A DNA stretch of 37,577 nucleotides from an uncultured Methanosarcinales archaeon. GTDB taxonomy: Archaea; Nanobdellota; Nanobdellia; Woesearchaeales; GW2011-AR9. The translations under genes were made by a program, and so were the position numbers. Below the pieces are notes generated by a model. That model did no database searches. It was not told the origin of the DNA and saw nothing but the letters and a program-made list of their open reading frames with translations. Location of the stretch: the NCBI GenBank assembly GCA_964542815.1, contig CAZIUU010000007.1:957-38533 (forward strand), in the 5' to 3' direction. The first letter of the stretch is position 1. Each line of letters opens with the position of its first letter. This document shows positions 1-8,851 of the stretch, in pieces.

Positions 1-71
1 GGTGGATGGGGTTTGTTGTTGATTTGGTGGTGGGAGATTAATTTTTAGTGCAACAATTCCAACCGCAAAAC

Positions 72-79
72 CTATAAAA
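72..79 (+). promoter_or_regulatory. TATA-box-like element upstream of the RNase J-like gene
   Basis: CTATAAAA ends 23 nt upstream of the ATG at 102. The same spacing recurs at many genes in the window. Confidence 0.4.
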
Positions 80-101
80 CACCACAATATTTTAACCAGA
101 A

Positions 102-1496
102 ATGAAACTCTCCCTTTTAGGCGGCAAGAATGAAATAGGTGGAAATAAAGTATTGGTTGAACACAAAACCACCAAGCTCCTCTTAGACTTTGGCATGTCT
201 TTCTCGCAAGCCGGCAAATTCTTCTCTGAATTCCTTCAGCCTAGAAAATGCTCCTCCATTCCCGATTTAATAGAACTAAACCTTCTTCCAGACTTAAAAG
301 GACTCTATCGCAACGATTACTTAAAACACATGGGGCGAAAAGAAGAAAAGCGTGAGTTTGATGCTCTTCTCATCTCTCATGCCCACGCTGACCATGCCCA
401 ATATCTGCATTTTTTAAGGAACGATATCCCGGTTTATTGCACCAAACCAACTAAAATCATCCTGCAAGCGTTGGAAGAAATCGGTGCCAACACTTTCTCC
501 GATTTAATCACCACTGTAGAAACTTTCCAATTCAGAATAAACTCCAAAGGCGGACTCTCCAGAGTAACTCGAGCCAACGCAGAATACATCAAAGAAAGAC
601 CGTTCCAAATCACAGAAAAGAATAAGCGTTACAAAATCAAAGACTTGGAAATAGAAATGCTTCCGGTAGACCATTCTCTTCCGGGTGCCTGCGCTTTCAT
701 CATTTACTCTGATGAAGGCAACTTAGTTTACACCGGAGATTTAAGATTCCATGGTTATAACTCTAACTTAACCCAAGAGTTCATCAAGAAAGCCAAAGCC
801 ACTAAGCCTAAATGGCTATTGTGCGAAGGAACCAGAATAGACCAAGAGACTTCTGTTACCGAAACCGAAGTTAAAGAACAGATCTCTAAGTTCATCAAAG
901 AAGCCAAAAATTTAGTCTTCGTAGAACATCCTATCAGAGACCTAGATAGAGTAATCTCTGTTTATAATGCAGCTAAAGCCAATAAGCGGGAATTTGTAGT
1001 TACGTTAAAGCTGGCTTATTTAATTGAAGCTTTACAAGAATATTGCACCTTCAAGCTAGATGAGGTAAAAATTCTCGTACCTAAGAAAAGTTGGGGGCTA
1101 ATCTGTAAAGAGGGGGCAGATTGCAAGCAGGTAGAACAAGACTATGAAAAATGGGAATTAACTTACATCAATAGAAAGAACGCCATAACTTATCCAGAAT
1201 TACAGAAAAACCCAAGCAAGTACGTTGTTTCCATGAATATGTTTGAAGTGAACCAGCTTTTGGACATCAAGCCAAAAGATGCCATCTGGATTAAATCTAG
1301 CTGTGAGCCGTTCTGTGATGAAATGGAACTTGATGATGAAAGAAAAAAGAATTGGCTGGCATATTTCAAGATTAAAGAATATTTCGCTCACGCTTCCGGA
1401 CACGCATCTGGAAAAGAAATCAAAGCCCTGATAAAAGAGATTGCTCCCAAAGAGTTGATACCAATTCATACCCAGAAGCCGGAGATGTTTGAATGA
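102..1496 (+). CDS. rnj: RNase J-like beta-CASP metallo-beta-lactamase ribonuclease
   Basis: 464-aa ORF with an N-terminal LLGGKNEIGGNK segment, the MBL motif HAHADH, and a C-terminal HASGHASGKE...IPIHT (beta-CASP motif C style). Confidence 0.65.
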   Translation: MKLSLLGGKNEIGGNKVLVEHKTTKLLLDFGMSFSQAGKFFSEFLQPRKCSSIPDLIELNLLPDLKGLYRNDYLKHMGRKEEKREFDALLISHAHADHAQYLHFLRNDIPVYCTKPTKIILQALEEIGANTFSDLITTVETFQFRINSKGGLSRVTRANAEYIKERPFQITEKNKRYKIKDLEIEMLPVDHSLPGACAFIIYSDEGNLVYTGDLRFHGYNSNLTQEFIKKAKATKPKWLLCEGTRIDQETSVTETEVKEQISKFIKEAKNLVFVEHPIRDLDRVISVYNAAKANKREFVVTLKLAYLIEALQEYCTFKLDEVKILVPKKSWGLICKEGADCKQVEQDYEKWELTYINRKNAITYPELQKNPSKYVVSMNMFEVNQLLDIKPKDAIWIKSSCEPFCDEMELDDERKKNWLAYFKIKEYFAHASGHASGKEIKALIKEIAPKELIPIHTQKPEMFE

Positions 1497-1900
1497 TCCC
1501 TAAAAAAGAATGCCCCAACTGTGAACATTTCAAAAAGAAACAACACTTAACTAAAACTAACCAAGTCATAACCAAAGAATATTGCCAGAGATTTAATCAA
1601 GAGCTGTTCTCCCATCAAGCCTGCCCTAAATTCCGCTACCATGAGGATTTAGAAGTAGATGTGGATTCAATTTATGGCAAAATTGCAGCTTTCTCCGGAA
1701 TGCTCATGATGGCATCTTTTATCGCCGTAATTGTAGCATTGGTAGCAAACTCACATTTAGCGGTGTGGATATCGGGAACCATTGCAGTAATAAGTATGAT
1801 TTCGTTAGCTATCTTTATGGTCATTGAGGAAAAGAGGGAAAAAAAGATACTTTATGGGGATTCAGCCAAATACTCTGGAGACGATGACGAATCTGATTAA
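1493..1900 (+). CDS. small zinc-ribbon-like membrane protein (hypothetical)
   Basis: 135-aa ORF whose ATG overlaps the upstream stop (ATGA, 1493-1496). It has N-terminal CPNC...C..F...ACPKF cysteines, two hydrophobic helices and an acidic tail. Confidence 0.5.
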   Translation: MIPKKECPNCEHFKKKQHLTKTNQVITKEYCQRFNQELFSHQACPKFRYHEDLEVDVDSIYGKIAAFSGMLMMASFIAVIVALVANSHLAVWISGTIAVISMISLAIFMVIEEKREKKILYGDSAKYSGDDDESD

Positions 1901-2124
1901 TGCTACTACTGCAAACACAAGTATTATCCCCCCACAGCAATTTCTCTTGGTTACGCGGTTATATTTAATGAAAGCCACCGCTTTATAAGCACTAACGACT
2001 TGGTTCCCCAAAAATAGTATGTTTCACCGTAACCCACATTCAAATTTCCCCAAAACCACAAAACCCACCAAAAGTAATAAAAAGGGGTGATAACTTCCTA
2101 CCCTTTCTTGGAAGTAGTAAAATA

Positions 2125-2253
2125 ATGTGCATAGCATCTTCAAAATCCTAGCAGAGTTGATTGTAGAGAGCCGCATCCCCGTATGGGGCAAGTCCCCCTG
2201 CGGCTCTAGATGAAATCGTCGAATGGATTTTGACCTGATGATGCTATGCACAT
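2125..2253 (+). ncRNA. candidate structured RNA, copy 1 of a two-member family (unidentified class)
   Basis: Nested perfect helices: 2125-2138/2240-2253 (14 bp), 2140-2148/2225-2233 (9 bp) and 2167-2174/2200-2207 (8 bp). There is a conserved 3' bulge CCUGAU and an AGAUGAAA element. A paralog at 4314-4443 has compensatory changes. Strand was assigned from the GA-rich motifs only. Confidence 0.45.
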
Positions 2254-2276
2254 ACGCAAAAGGTGTATAAATTAGT

Positions 2277-2750
2277 ATGAATGAATATTTACTGGAAGCA
2301 CGGGAAGAGCTTAAGCGTTTAGAACACATAATTTATGTGAGCTTAAAGTACACTAGAACTACTGACGTAATTATTAATGCCCTTAATCGCCTTCTGAGCG
2401 TATATGATCTTATAATTGAAGCTTATTTGGAAGATGCTAAGACTAAAGGATTGATTACCTCTCTACCTAAAAGTCCGGCATTAAGAGGAACTCGATTAGC
2501 TGAAATGCATCCCGAAGATAAAGAGTTGCAAAGGTTCATGTGCTTTTATGCTTTTCTTAAAACCGTTCTAAAATCTCCTTATACCAAACGAGAAGAATTC
2601 CGCCGACATGTTACAGTTATCGTGGAGTTAGGCAATTGCAGTGCAGAAGCTGATATTGACAGCCTTACTAATTACGAAAGATTTGTACGCCGATTCTTAG
2701 TTTATGCTTATCGGCAGATAGAAGGAGTTAAAGAAGAGGATGAGGATTAA
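2277..2750 (+). CDS. hypothetical protein (helical, acidic C-terminus)
   Basis: 157-aa ORF with no recognisable motif. It starts 24 nt after the candidate RNA. Confidence 0.55.
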   Translation: MNEYLLEAREELKRLEHIIYVSLKYTRTTDVIINALNRLLSVYDLIIEAYLEDAKTKGLITSLPKSPALRGTRLAEMHPEDKELQRFMCFYAFLKTVLKSPYTKREEFRRHVTVIVELGNCSAEADIDSLTNYERFVRRFLVYAYRQIEGVKEEDED

Positions 2751-2818
2751 ACTTTTCCAAAACCATTAAATACTTCTTTTCTTTTTTCTACTTAAAACCA
2801 TTAAAGAGATGATATGCC

Positions 2819-3541
2819 ATGACCAGATTTATTACTTTAGTTTCGGGAAAAGGCGGAGTGGGTAAAACTACCGCTGCGTTGAACCTCAGCCATGCTCTGC
2901 ATAGATTAGGAAAGCAGGTTATTCTGGTTGATGCAAATCTTGCTACACCTAATGTAGGATTACAACTAGGGTTAATTCAGCCGGAAGGAACGTTAAATAA
3001 GTTCCTGCATAAGAAGAAAGGATTACATGAAGTGATTTATCAGCATGAAAATGGGGTTACTTTAATCCCTTCTTCGTTAAATCTAAAAGACTTTCAGAAA
3101 ACTAACCCACATAAGCTGGTGGAAATATTTGAGCATTTGGATAATATGGCTGAATTTGTGATAATTGATGCTCCTAGCGGGTTGGGAGTAGAAGTTAATG
3201 AGATTTTGAAGCATAGTGATGAAGCATTGATAGTGATAAATCCAACTTTAAGTTCAGTGATGGATGCGCTAAAAACCATTCAATTAGCTCATTCTCATCA
3301 TAATACTATCGCCGGGATTATCTTAAACATGACTCACTTTGCCGGTTGGAATGAGATGAAATTAGAAGAGATACAGAAGATTCTGAGATTTCCAATTATT
3401 GCTAGCATAAAATATGACCGCAAGTTTAGAAAAGCATTAATGGAGCAGGATTTAGTGCATCATTTATTCCCCAAGTCAAAAATTGCGCAGGAGTTTAGAA
3501 GGATTGCTCGATATTTATCTCTGCATAAGCCAGAGGAGTAA
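2819..3541 (+). CDS. MinD/ParA-family P-loop ATPase
   Basis: Deviant Walker A SGKGGVGKTT near the N-terminus, and IIDAPSG (Walker B region). 240 aa. Confidence 0.8.
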   Translation: MTRFITLVSGKGGVGKTTAALNLSHALHRLGKQVILVDANLATPNVGLQLGLIQPEGTLNKFLHKKKGLHEVIYQHENGVTLIPSSLNLKDFQKTNPHKLVEIFEHLDNMAEFVIIDAPSGLGVEVNEILKHSDEALIVINPTLSSVMDALKTIQLAHSHHNTIAGIILNMTHFAGWNEMKLEEIQKILRFPIIASIKYDRKFRKALMEQDLVHHLFPKSKIAQEFRRIARYLSLHKPEE

Positions 3542-3553
3542 AGATGAGGGGAG

Positions 3554-4102
3554 ATGTTAGGTGAAACAAGAGGAAAACAGATGAATACTTTCCGTCGATT
3601 AGAACTGCAAGCCAAAGGTTGGAGCGACCGGGAGCTGCTGCGGGCTGAACAGATATTAGAGCATGCTGAGAAGCACGATATTTTTTTGTCTCGGTTCGCA
3701 TTGTGGAGCATCATAATTGTAGTAATCATCAGCAATATTATTGTTTCTTTGGTGTTGGTTCCGTTTTTAGTATTTTTTCAGCCATGGGCGTTGTATTTAG
3801 TATTAATATTACTTGCTGCTTTGGTTGGTTGGGTGTACAATTTTTTGATAACTGATGTAAAGCATCTGGAAAGAAAGCATCATATTCTGGCCGGAATAAT
3901 TGTTCCGTTAATTGCCCTGGGGAACATGGCTTTGATTGTGATAATGGCGCAGAAGTTCATGGAGAAAGGCGCAATAAGCAGTCCTGCTGTCAATCCGTGG
4001 ATGATGGGAATATTATTTGGGGTGGTGTTTATTATTCCATCGATTGTGGCTCGGATAAGAGTTGCGGTGAAGAATAAGAAAAGAGCAGTGTTGGTTAGAT
4101 AG
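3554..4102 (+). CDS. multi-pass membrane protein (hypothetical)
   Basis: 182-aa ORF with 4-5 hydrophobic segments. The ATG at 3581 has better Shine-Dalgarno spacing (AGAGGA 3569-3574), so the true start may be 3581. Confidence 0.55.
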   Translation: MLGETRGKQMNTFRRLELQAKGWSDRELLRAEQILEHAEKHDIFLSRFALWSIIIVVIISNIIVSLVLVPFLVFFQPWALYLVLILLAALVGWVYNFLITDVKHLERKHHILAGIIVPLIALGNMALIVIMAQKFMEKGAISSPAVNPWMMGILFGVVFIIPSIVARIRVAVKNKKRAVLVR

Positions 4103-4105
4103 TAT

Positions 4106-4138
4106 AGACGATTTTGAAAAACCTATTCAAAATCGTCT
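4106..4138 (+). terminator. perfect 13-bp hairpin immediately after the stop of the 3554-4102 gene
   Basis: AGACGATTTTGAA (4106-4118), a 7-nt loop, then TTCAAAATCGTCT (4126-4138). It starts 4 nt after the TAG at 4100-4102. A terminator function is assumed, not shown. Confidence 0.3.
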
Positions 4139-4313
4139 TAGAGGACTTTGGATAAGCTCAACTGTGCTGTTCATAGGAAGTTATTCAAAGTCTTCTATAC
4201 TTTGAATTAGCTTCCCGGTCAACGTTATTTTTAAGAATTTCCAAGCATCTTTGGTCGATAGATTCTTCTTTCAAGTCTCCTTCCAATATTTCTACCAGCT
4301 TGTCGATTATTTG

Positions 4314-4443
4314 AGTATTTGGTTAGCATCTTCGAAATCTCCGCTGTTGGTTTGAGAGCCGACGTTCTCCGTAAGAGACAACCCTCTTGTCGGCTAGATG
4401 AAAGAAGGGCATATATTTCGACCTGATGATCTAACCAAATACT
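4314..4443 (+). ncRNA. candidate structured RNA, copy 2 of the family
   Basis: Helices 4314-4326/4431-4443 (13 bp), 4328-4330/4428-4430, 4332-4338/4415-4421 (7 bp) and 4357-4363/4389-4395 (7 bp). It has the same CCUGAU bulge (4422-4427) and AGAUGAAA (4396-4403) as copy 1. It lies between convergent gene ends. A TATA-like AATATTT sits about 25 nt upstream. Confidence 0.45.
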
Positions 4444-4459
4444 TATTTGACATTAAAAT

Positions 4460-6085
4460 TTACTCCTCTTTTCTTAACAACAGTTCGGCTACTGCCGCGT
4501 AAGCCGGCCTGGCCACTAATACTCCAAATGAAATTCCTACGATAGTAGTAAATGCAAACCCTTTCAACATTCCTGCTCCCGCAAACCATAATGGAACCAT
4601 AGATGCTACACCCACCAGATATGCACCCATAATAATAAACATAGCATTCTTGATTCTAACTTTCCAATCCGTAGCCATTACTTCTCCGCGCAAAGTCTCA
4701 TCGGTAATAATAATAAGGTGGTCTACTGCCGTTCCGGCTACAATAATTATAGCAGCAATTGCCGCTAAGTCTAAATTCCATCCTACCATAGCAGCAAAGC
4801 CTAAAATCAGAATCATCTCAGAGATAATGGTGAGCACTATGGGTACGACAATCTTTACCCGGCGATATTTTACCAACACTACTCCACTAACTGCCAGCAC
4901 TGCTAAAAGACCCACTAACATCACATTGCTTAAGAATTCTTTTCCTAGTGAAGGAGAAATGGTATCCATCTTAACTACATCTAACTTGACCGGCAAGCTT
5001 CCAGTAATAATGATAGTTTGCAGGCGTTTCATGTTCTGCAAAGTAGTAGTTGCCGCTAACTGTTGGGTTGGCCCTGTGCCTGAACCGGAGATTTGAATTT
5101 CAGTAGCAGATTTGCCTTTTAATTCAGCGCCAATTTTCAGCCGATCCACTTCTTTATCATCTAGGAATAATACAATATCATCGCTCAAGTAATTCTCACC
5201 GCTGGTATCGCTTGAAACTACCGTTAACTTATTAGTTAAAGCTGCTTGCCTTTCTGCCGCTTCCGGGCTTAACGAAATAGAAAAGAAAAATCCGCAGGCA
5301 GAACCTTCTTTCACCGGAAAACATCCTTTTCGGGGATCAAGACCAGAACATTGCGCACTCCTGCATACATAAGTGATATCTTTCTTTCCACCAAAGAAAA
5401 CCGTTTCGTTTCCAATCTTGGCTTCAAACTTTCCCTGTGAGGCTAACAGATGTTTTACTTCTTCTTCCGTAACTCCGGCAATTTCAATCAAAATAAATTT
5501 CTCTCCGGATAAATCAGAAGCAGTTCTTACTACAATATCGCTTAATCCATATACATTTAAGCGCTGCTTTAAAGTATCTACGGTCATGTCTAAAGTATCC
5601 TGTGAAACTGCTTCAGATGGCTTTAACAATACTCTGGTTCCACCTTCTAGGTCTAATCCTTTTCTCAAGTTTGAGGAAGGAGCATCATACACTTTTAACC
5701 CCAATTCTGCCTGATAACTCCAAGAAGCATTGGGTAAAACTATATTTGGTAAAGCATCAGGCGTAATTAAATTATAACTGCTTTTGCTGGTATCAATTTT
5801 AACGGTGCGATTTGGGCCTATTTTTTCAATAGAAGCATAATAATCTTGAACTGTATTTATCTTCTCTCCATTGATAAACAATATTTTTTCCCGGGCTAAA
5901 GGGGCCAGCTTAGCTGCAGCGCTTTGCATTCCGGCATTAGATGCGGAAGAATTTGCGGCTACGCTTCGGATAGTTGCACCTTCATTTCCAAAAAAATGCG
6001 GTTGGATTGACCATACTGCCAGGATTAGCAATGTAAGTAATAAAATCACTCTCCAGCTGGTGAATATTTTTTTCCAGGGAATCAT
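4460..6085 (-). CDS. secD: protein-export membrane protein SecD
   Basis: 541 aa with an N-terminal TM, a large periplasmic-type loop and a C-terminal 5-6 TM bundle. It lies directly downstream of secF. Confidence 0.8.
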   Translation of the reverse strand: MIPWKKIFTSWRVILLLTLLILAVWSIQPHFFGNEGATIRSVAANSSASNAGMQSAAAKLAPLAREKILFINGEKINTVQDYYASIEKIGPNRTVKIDTSKSSYNLITPDALPNIVLPNASWSYQAELGLKVYDAPSSNLRKGLDLEGGTRVLLKPSEAVSQDTLDMTVDTLKQRLNVYGLSDIVVRTASDLSGEKFILIEIAGVTEEEVKHLLASQGKFEAKIGNETVFFGGKKDITYVCRSAQCSGLDPRKGCFPVKEGSACGFFFSISLSPEAAERQAALTNKLTVVSSDTSGENYLSDDIVLFLDDKEVDRLKIGAELKGKSATEIQISGSGTGPTQQLAATTTLQNMKRLQTIIITGSLPVKLDVVKMDTISPSLGKEFLSNVMLVGLLAVLAVSGVVLVKYRRVKIVVPIVLTIISEMILILGFAAMVGWNLDLAAIAAIIIVAGTAVDHLIIITDETLRGEVMATDWKVRIKNAMFIIMGAYLVGVASMVPLWFAGAGMLKGFAFTTIVGISFGVLVARPAYAAVAELLLRKEE

Positions 6086-6104
6086 TTTAGTTTGAATTAT
6101 TCGT

Positions 6105-7010
6105 TTAATTTATTTTATCCAATTTCTTTTTTTCTTTGTGTTCTAAGTATAATCTTAGGAATCCCACATTCTGGATCCAAGTCATTAGCATATCTATAAT
6201 CAATCCGATAAAAATGATAAACATTATCTGGCGGATAGCCTCGCTTTGCACTAAGAATAGAGCTACTAAAACCGCAGCTATGGTGGTGAAAGTCATAGTT
6301 AATCCGGTATTTATGGCGCCGTAAATCCTATCCATTACCGTTCCTTCTTTACGTTTCAATACTCGGCTGGTAAGCAAAATATCAGTATCAATAGAATAAC
6401 CAATTAACATCAGGAATGCTGCTACGCCGGCTGTGCTCAATTTCATCCCGGTAAGGTTGAAGATAGCAATGGTAATCACAATATCAGAAAACGCAGCTGC
6501 AATAACCGCTAAACTAGGAATCCACACCCGAAAATAAACGATAACTACGATCCCCATCAGTAAAAATGAAAATAATAATGCCAATCCGGCTTGTCTGAAG
6601 AAGCTCTCTCCTAATGATGCGCCCATAACTTCTACACTGTATTGAACGCTTTCCAAGCCAACTTTTTCTTTTAGGACATCAGTTATGGCATCAATTTCTG
6701 CAGTTTGCTGAGCATCAGTGTCTATAGCAATTGCATTAATTGTTCCCGTGGTGGTTAAGGTTCTGATCTCAATATCTCTGCTGGGGAATTTAGCTTTTAA
6801 GAATGATCCCAATTCATCAGGATTGATTCCTTCCACTTGATTTAACGTGATAGTAGAGCCGCCTTTTAAGCTTACTCCACGATTGATGAAATCTCCGGTG
6901 GTTACGGTTTGATATCCAATCAGCACCAAAGCTAGAACAACCAGTAAAATAGGGATAATCATCAACAGTTTATACTTGTGTTCGTAGATGTGTTTAATCT
7001 TACTTAACAT
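6105..7010 (-). CDS. secF: protein-export membrane protein SecF
   Basis: 301 aa with an N-terminal TM, a GVSLKGGS segment and a C-terminal TM bundle. It is paired with secD. Confidence 0.8.
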   Translation of the reverse strand: MLSKIKHIYEHKYKLLMIIPILLVVLALVLIGYQTVTTGDFINRGVSLKGGSTITLNQVEGINPDELGSFLKAKFPSRDIEIRTLTTTGTINAIAIDTDAQQTAEIDAITDVLKEKVGLESVQYSVEVMGASLGESFFRQAGLALLFSFLLMGIVVIVYFRVWIPSLAVIAAAFSDIVITIAIFNLTGMKLSTAGVAAFLMLIGYSIDTDILLTSRVLKRKEGTVMDRIYGAINTGLTMTFTTIAAVLVALFLVQSEAIRQIMFIIFIGLIIDMLMTWIQNVGFLRLYLEHKEKKKLDKIN

Positions 7011-7095
7011 GTTTTGAGTTAATTTTGAAGAGTATATATAAAGATTATGTGGATGGAGTGCATGGTTTGGTTTAACATTATGAGGCTGCAGTAGA

Positions 7096-7104
7096 ATTTA
7101 AATA
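7096..7104 (+). promoter_or_regulatory. TATA-box-like element upstream of mbf1
   Basis: ATTTAAATA ends about 24 nt upstream of the ATG at 7129. Confidence 0.4.
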
Positions 7105-7128
7105 GTAGCACTTATATTTTTAAGTAAA

Positions 7129-7623
7129 ATGTCCAATAAAGTGCCAGTATGTGAGATGTGCGGAAGAGCAGGAAACCTTTTAATTGCTGAGATTGAAGGA
7201 GTTGAATTAAAAGTATGTCCTAACTGCACTAAATTCGGCAAGGTCAGGCATCCCAATTCTCGAGGTTCTTCCTTGTCTGGCTTTAAACGCCAAACTGCAG
7301 CCCCGCCAAAAGATATGATTGAAGATAAAGTGGTAGATAATTTCGGACAACTGGTGCGGGAAGCGCGGGAGAGGAAAGGTTTGACTCAGGAAGACTTTGC
7401 TAAGCAATTGCAGGAACGGGAAGGTTTAGTTTCTAAATGGGAATCTGGCGGGCAGAAGCCCAGTTTGGAGACAGCTAAGAAACTGCAGAGGATTTTGGGA
7501 ATTACGCTGATAGTAAAAGATGAGGCTGTATCTGAAGAGAAGCTGGAAGCAGCAGTCGGTGGAAAGAAGGTTGGTGATGTTCTTACATTGGGAGATTTTA
7601 TTAAAGTAAAAAAGAGGAAGTGA
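7129..7623 (+). CDS. mbf1: archaeal multiprotein-bridging factor 1 (zinc ribbon plus Cro/C1 HTH)
   Basis: N-terminal CEMCG...CPNC zinc ribbon, followed by the HTH segment ARERKGLTQEDFAKQL...VSKWESG. Confidence 0.85.
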   Translation: MSNKVPVCEMCGRAGNLLIAEIEGVELKVCPNCTKFGKVRHPNSRGSSLSGFKRQTAAPPKDMIEDKVVDNFGQLVREARERKGLTQEDFAKQLQEREGLVSKWESGGQKPSLETAKKLQRILGITLIVKDEAVSEEKLEAAVGGKKVGDVLTLGDFIKVKKRK

Positions 7624-7634
7624 AAGATATTTCC

Positions 7635-8291
7635 CTATTTCTTGTTGTAGGTTAAGTCGACCGTATGATTTCCTTCAATCCCTTCGAAAGCGCGAACTGA
7701 GATGACTAAATCTCTGTCAGCTTCTCTAGCACCAATATTAAGGTAGCCTCTACTGTAAGAGTTGATGAAGTGTTGAAATTGGACTGTCACGTATACTCCT
7801 CCTTTTGTTGCAGTAAAACTATTAAACTGTTCGTTTGTTGTTAATTCGAATCTTTCTGTTGCAGTTAATTGCAAAATACCCCTAGCAACAATATCCGCAT
7901 TTCTATAAGCGCGTTTTAATGTTTCGGGATCTTCAACATTTCTGTCCCGAAGGTAAGTTATTTCAATGGAGGAATATGGATGAGGACTGTCGGTGTATCC
8001 AAAACAACGTGAATCTAACTGCTCGCAACCATTGTATGTTAAGTGAGCTTTTTCTGCTCCTGATCGTTCAACAACTTTGCCCAAAAAATCCAGCCAATTA
8101 CAAAGTGATACCCCTTCTGAACAATAGATCAAGATTTTTCGGTTATTATCTGGATTCAGACTTCTTTCAATACGTTCCGAAATACAAGAGTTTCCATCTT
8201 GCGTAATATATGAGTATTCCATGTATCCTTTGACAGTTTCCACTAAGTTGGAATCTATATTTCTATCAAATGATAATTCAATTGTGGTCAT
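7635..8291 (-). CDS. hypothetical cytoplasmic protein
   Basis: 218-aa ORF with no recognisable motif. TTTATAAA (8335-8342) and a GGAG lie upstream. Confidence 0.5.
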   Translation of the reverse strand: MTTIELSFDRNIDSNLVETVKGYMEYSYITQDGNSCISERIERSLNPDNNRKILIYCSEGVSLCNWLDFLGKVVERSGAEKAHLTYNGCEQLDSRCFGYTDSPHPYSSIEITYLRDRNVEDPETLKRAYRNADIVARGILQLTATERFELTTNEQFNSFTATKGGVYVTVQFQHFINSYSRGYLNIGAREADRDLVISVRAFEGIEGNHTVDLTYNKK

Positions 8292-8358
8292 TTTTCTCCG
8301 GTTTTAGGATAATGATCTCTAAAAAACAGCGGTATTTATAAACTTTTTGATTACGTTA

Positions 8359-8847
8359 CTATATTAGAGTAGTTATCCAAAACACTATCCCCCCCAACAC
8401 CGCTCCACCTAACAAATCCCACCAATCGTGCTTCTTTAAATAAATTCTAGAGTAAGCCACCATTATCGCTACCAAGACGAAGAAAGCAGCGGTAGGTGTA
8501 AAAAGTATAGTTGTATAATCATTCCAAAAGAAATAAGCCAGTGTTGTGCACATGAACACAATTCTAGCTGTATGCAAGCTAGGGAAAGATGAAGCGTCTA
8601 TCCTTTCCAGAAAGTTATGATATTCCTGTTTTGCTGGGCGATTTCTGAAGTAGAATATGCGGATTAAAGAGGTTATAGCTACACACAACACAAATCCAAT
8701 TACTAATCGAGTGAATAATTCTGTTTCTCCTGCTGCTAATGCCAACAGCGAGACTAATCCGTAAAAAAATGCTCCACCTAAAGAAGTTACATCTCTAAAG
8801 AAGATTTGGATATACTTGATGTATCGGTTTTCTTTTATTGGTTCCAT
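8359..8847 (-). CDS. PAP2-family (type 2 phosphatidic acid/polyprenyl phosphate) phosphatase
   Basis: All three PAP2 motifs are present: FRNRP, PSLH and SRIYLKKHDWWD. The protein is multi-TM. Confidence 0.7.
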   Translation of the reverse strand: MEPIKENRYIKYIQIFFRDVTSLGGAFFYGLVSLLALAAGETELFTRLVIGFVLCVAITSLIRIFYFRNRPAKQEYHNFLERIDASSFPSLHTARIVFMCTTLAYFFWNDYTTILFTPTAAFFVLVAIMVAYSRIYLKKHDWWDLLGGAVLGGIVFWITTLI

Positions 8848-8851
8848 GTTT

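Noticed and set aside
1-50. G/T-rich tracts at the window start (GGTGGATG..GGAGATTAATT) resembling the reverse complement of 22581-22612, and similar tracts at 2040-2090
   Set aside because: Only short 8-11-nt blocks are shared, with different spacing. This is most simply biased intergenic composition. The window edge prevents further assessment.
2211-2233. T-loop-like GTCGAATGG in RNA copy 1 (and TTCGA in copy 2, 4417-4421) as evidence for a tRNA gene
   Set aside because: There is no acceptor, D or anticodon arm arrangement around it. The strings are simply parts of junction strand and P2.
2024-2329. 101-aa minus-strand ORF
   Set aside because: It runs antisense through the highly paired candidate RNA and into the start of the 2277 gene. 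It has no promoter or RBS context and its composition is low-complexity. The RNA structure explains the open frame better.
4650-6095. Plus-strand ORFs 4650-5096, 5373-5714 and 5871-6095 inside secD
   Set aside because: These are shadow ORFs antisense to a well-supported SecD coding frame. The same applies to 6136-6324 inside secF.
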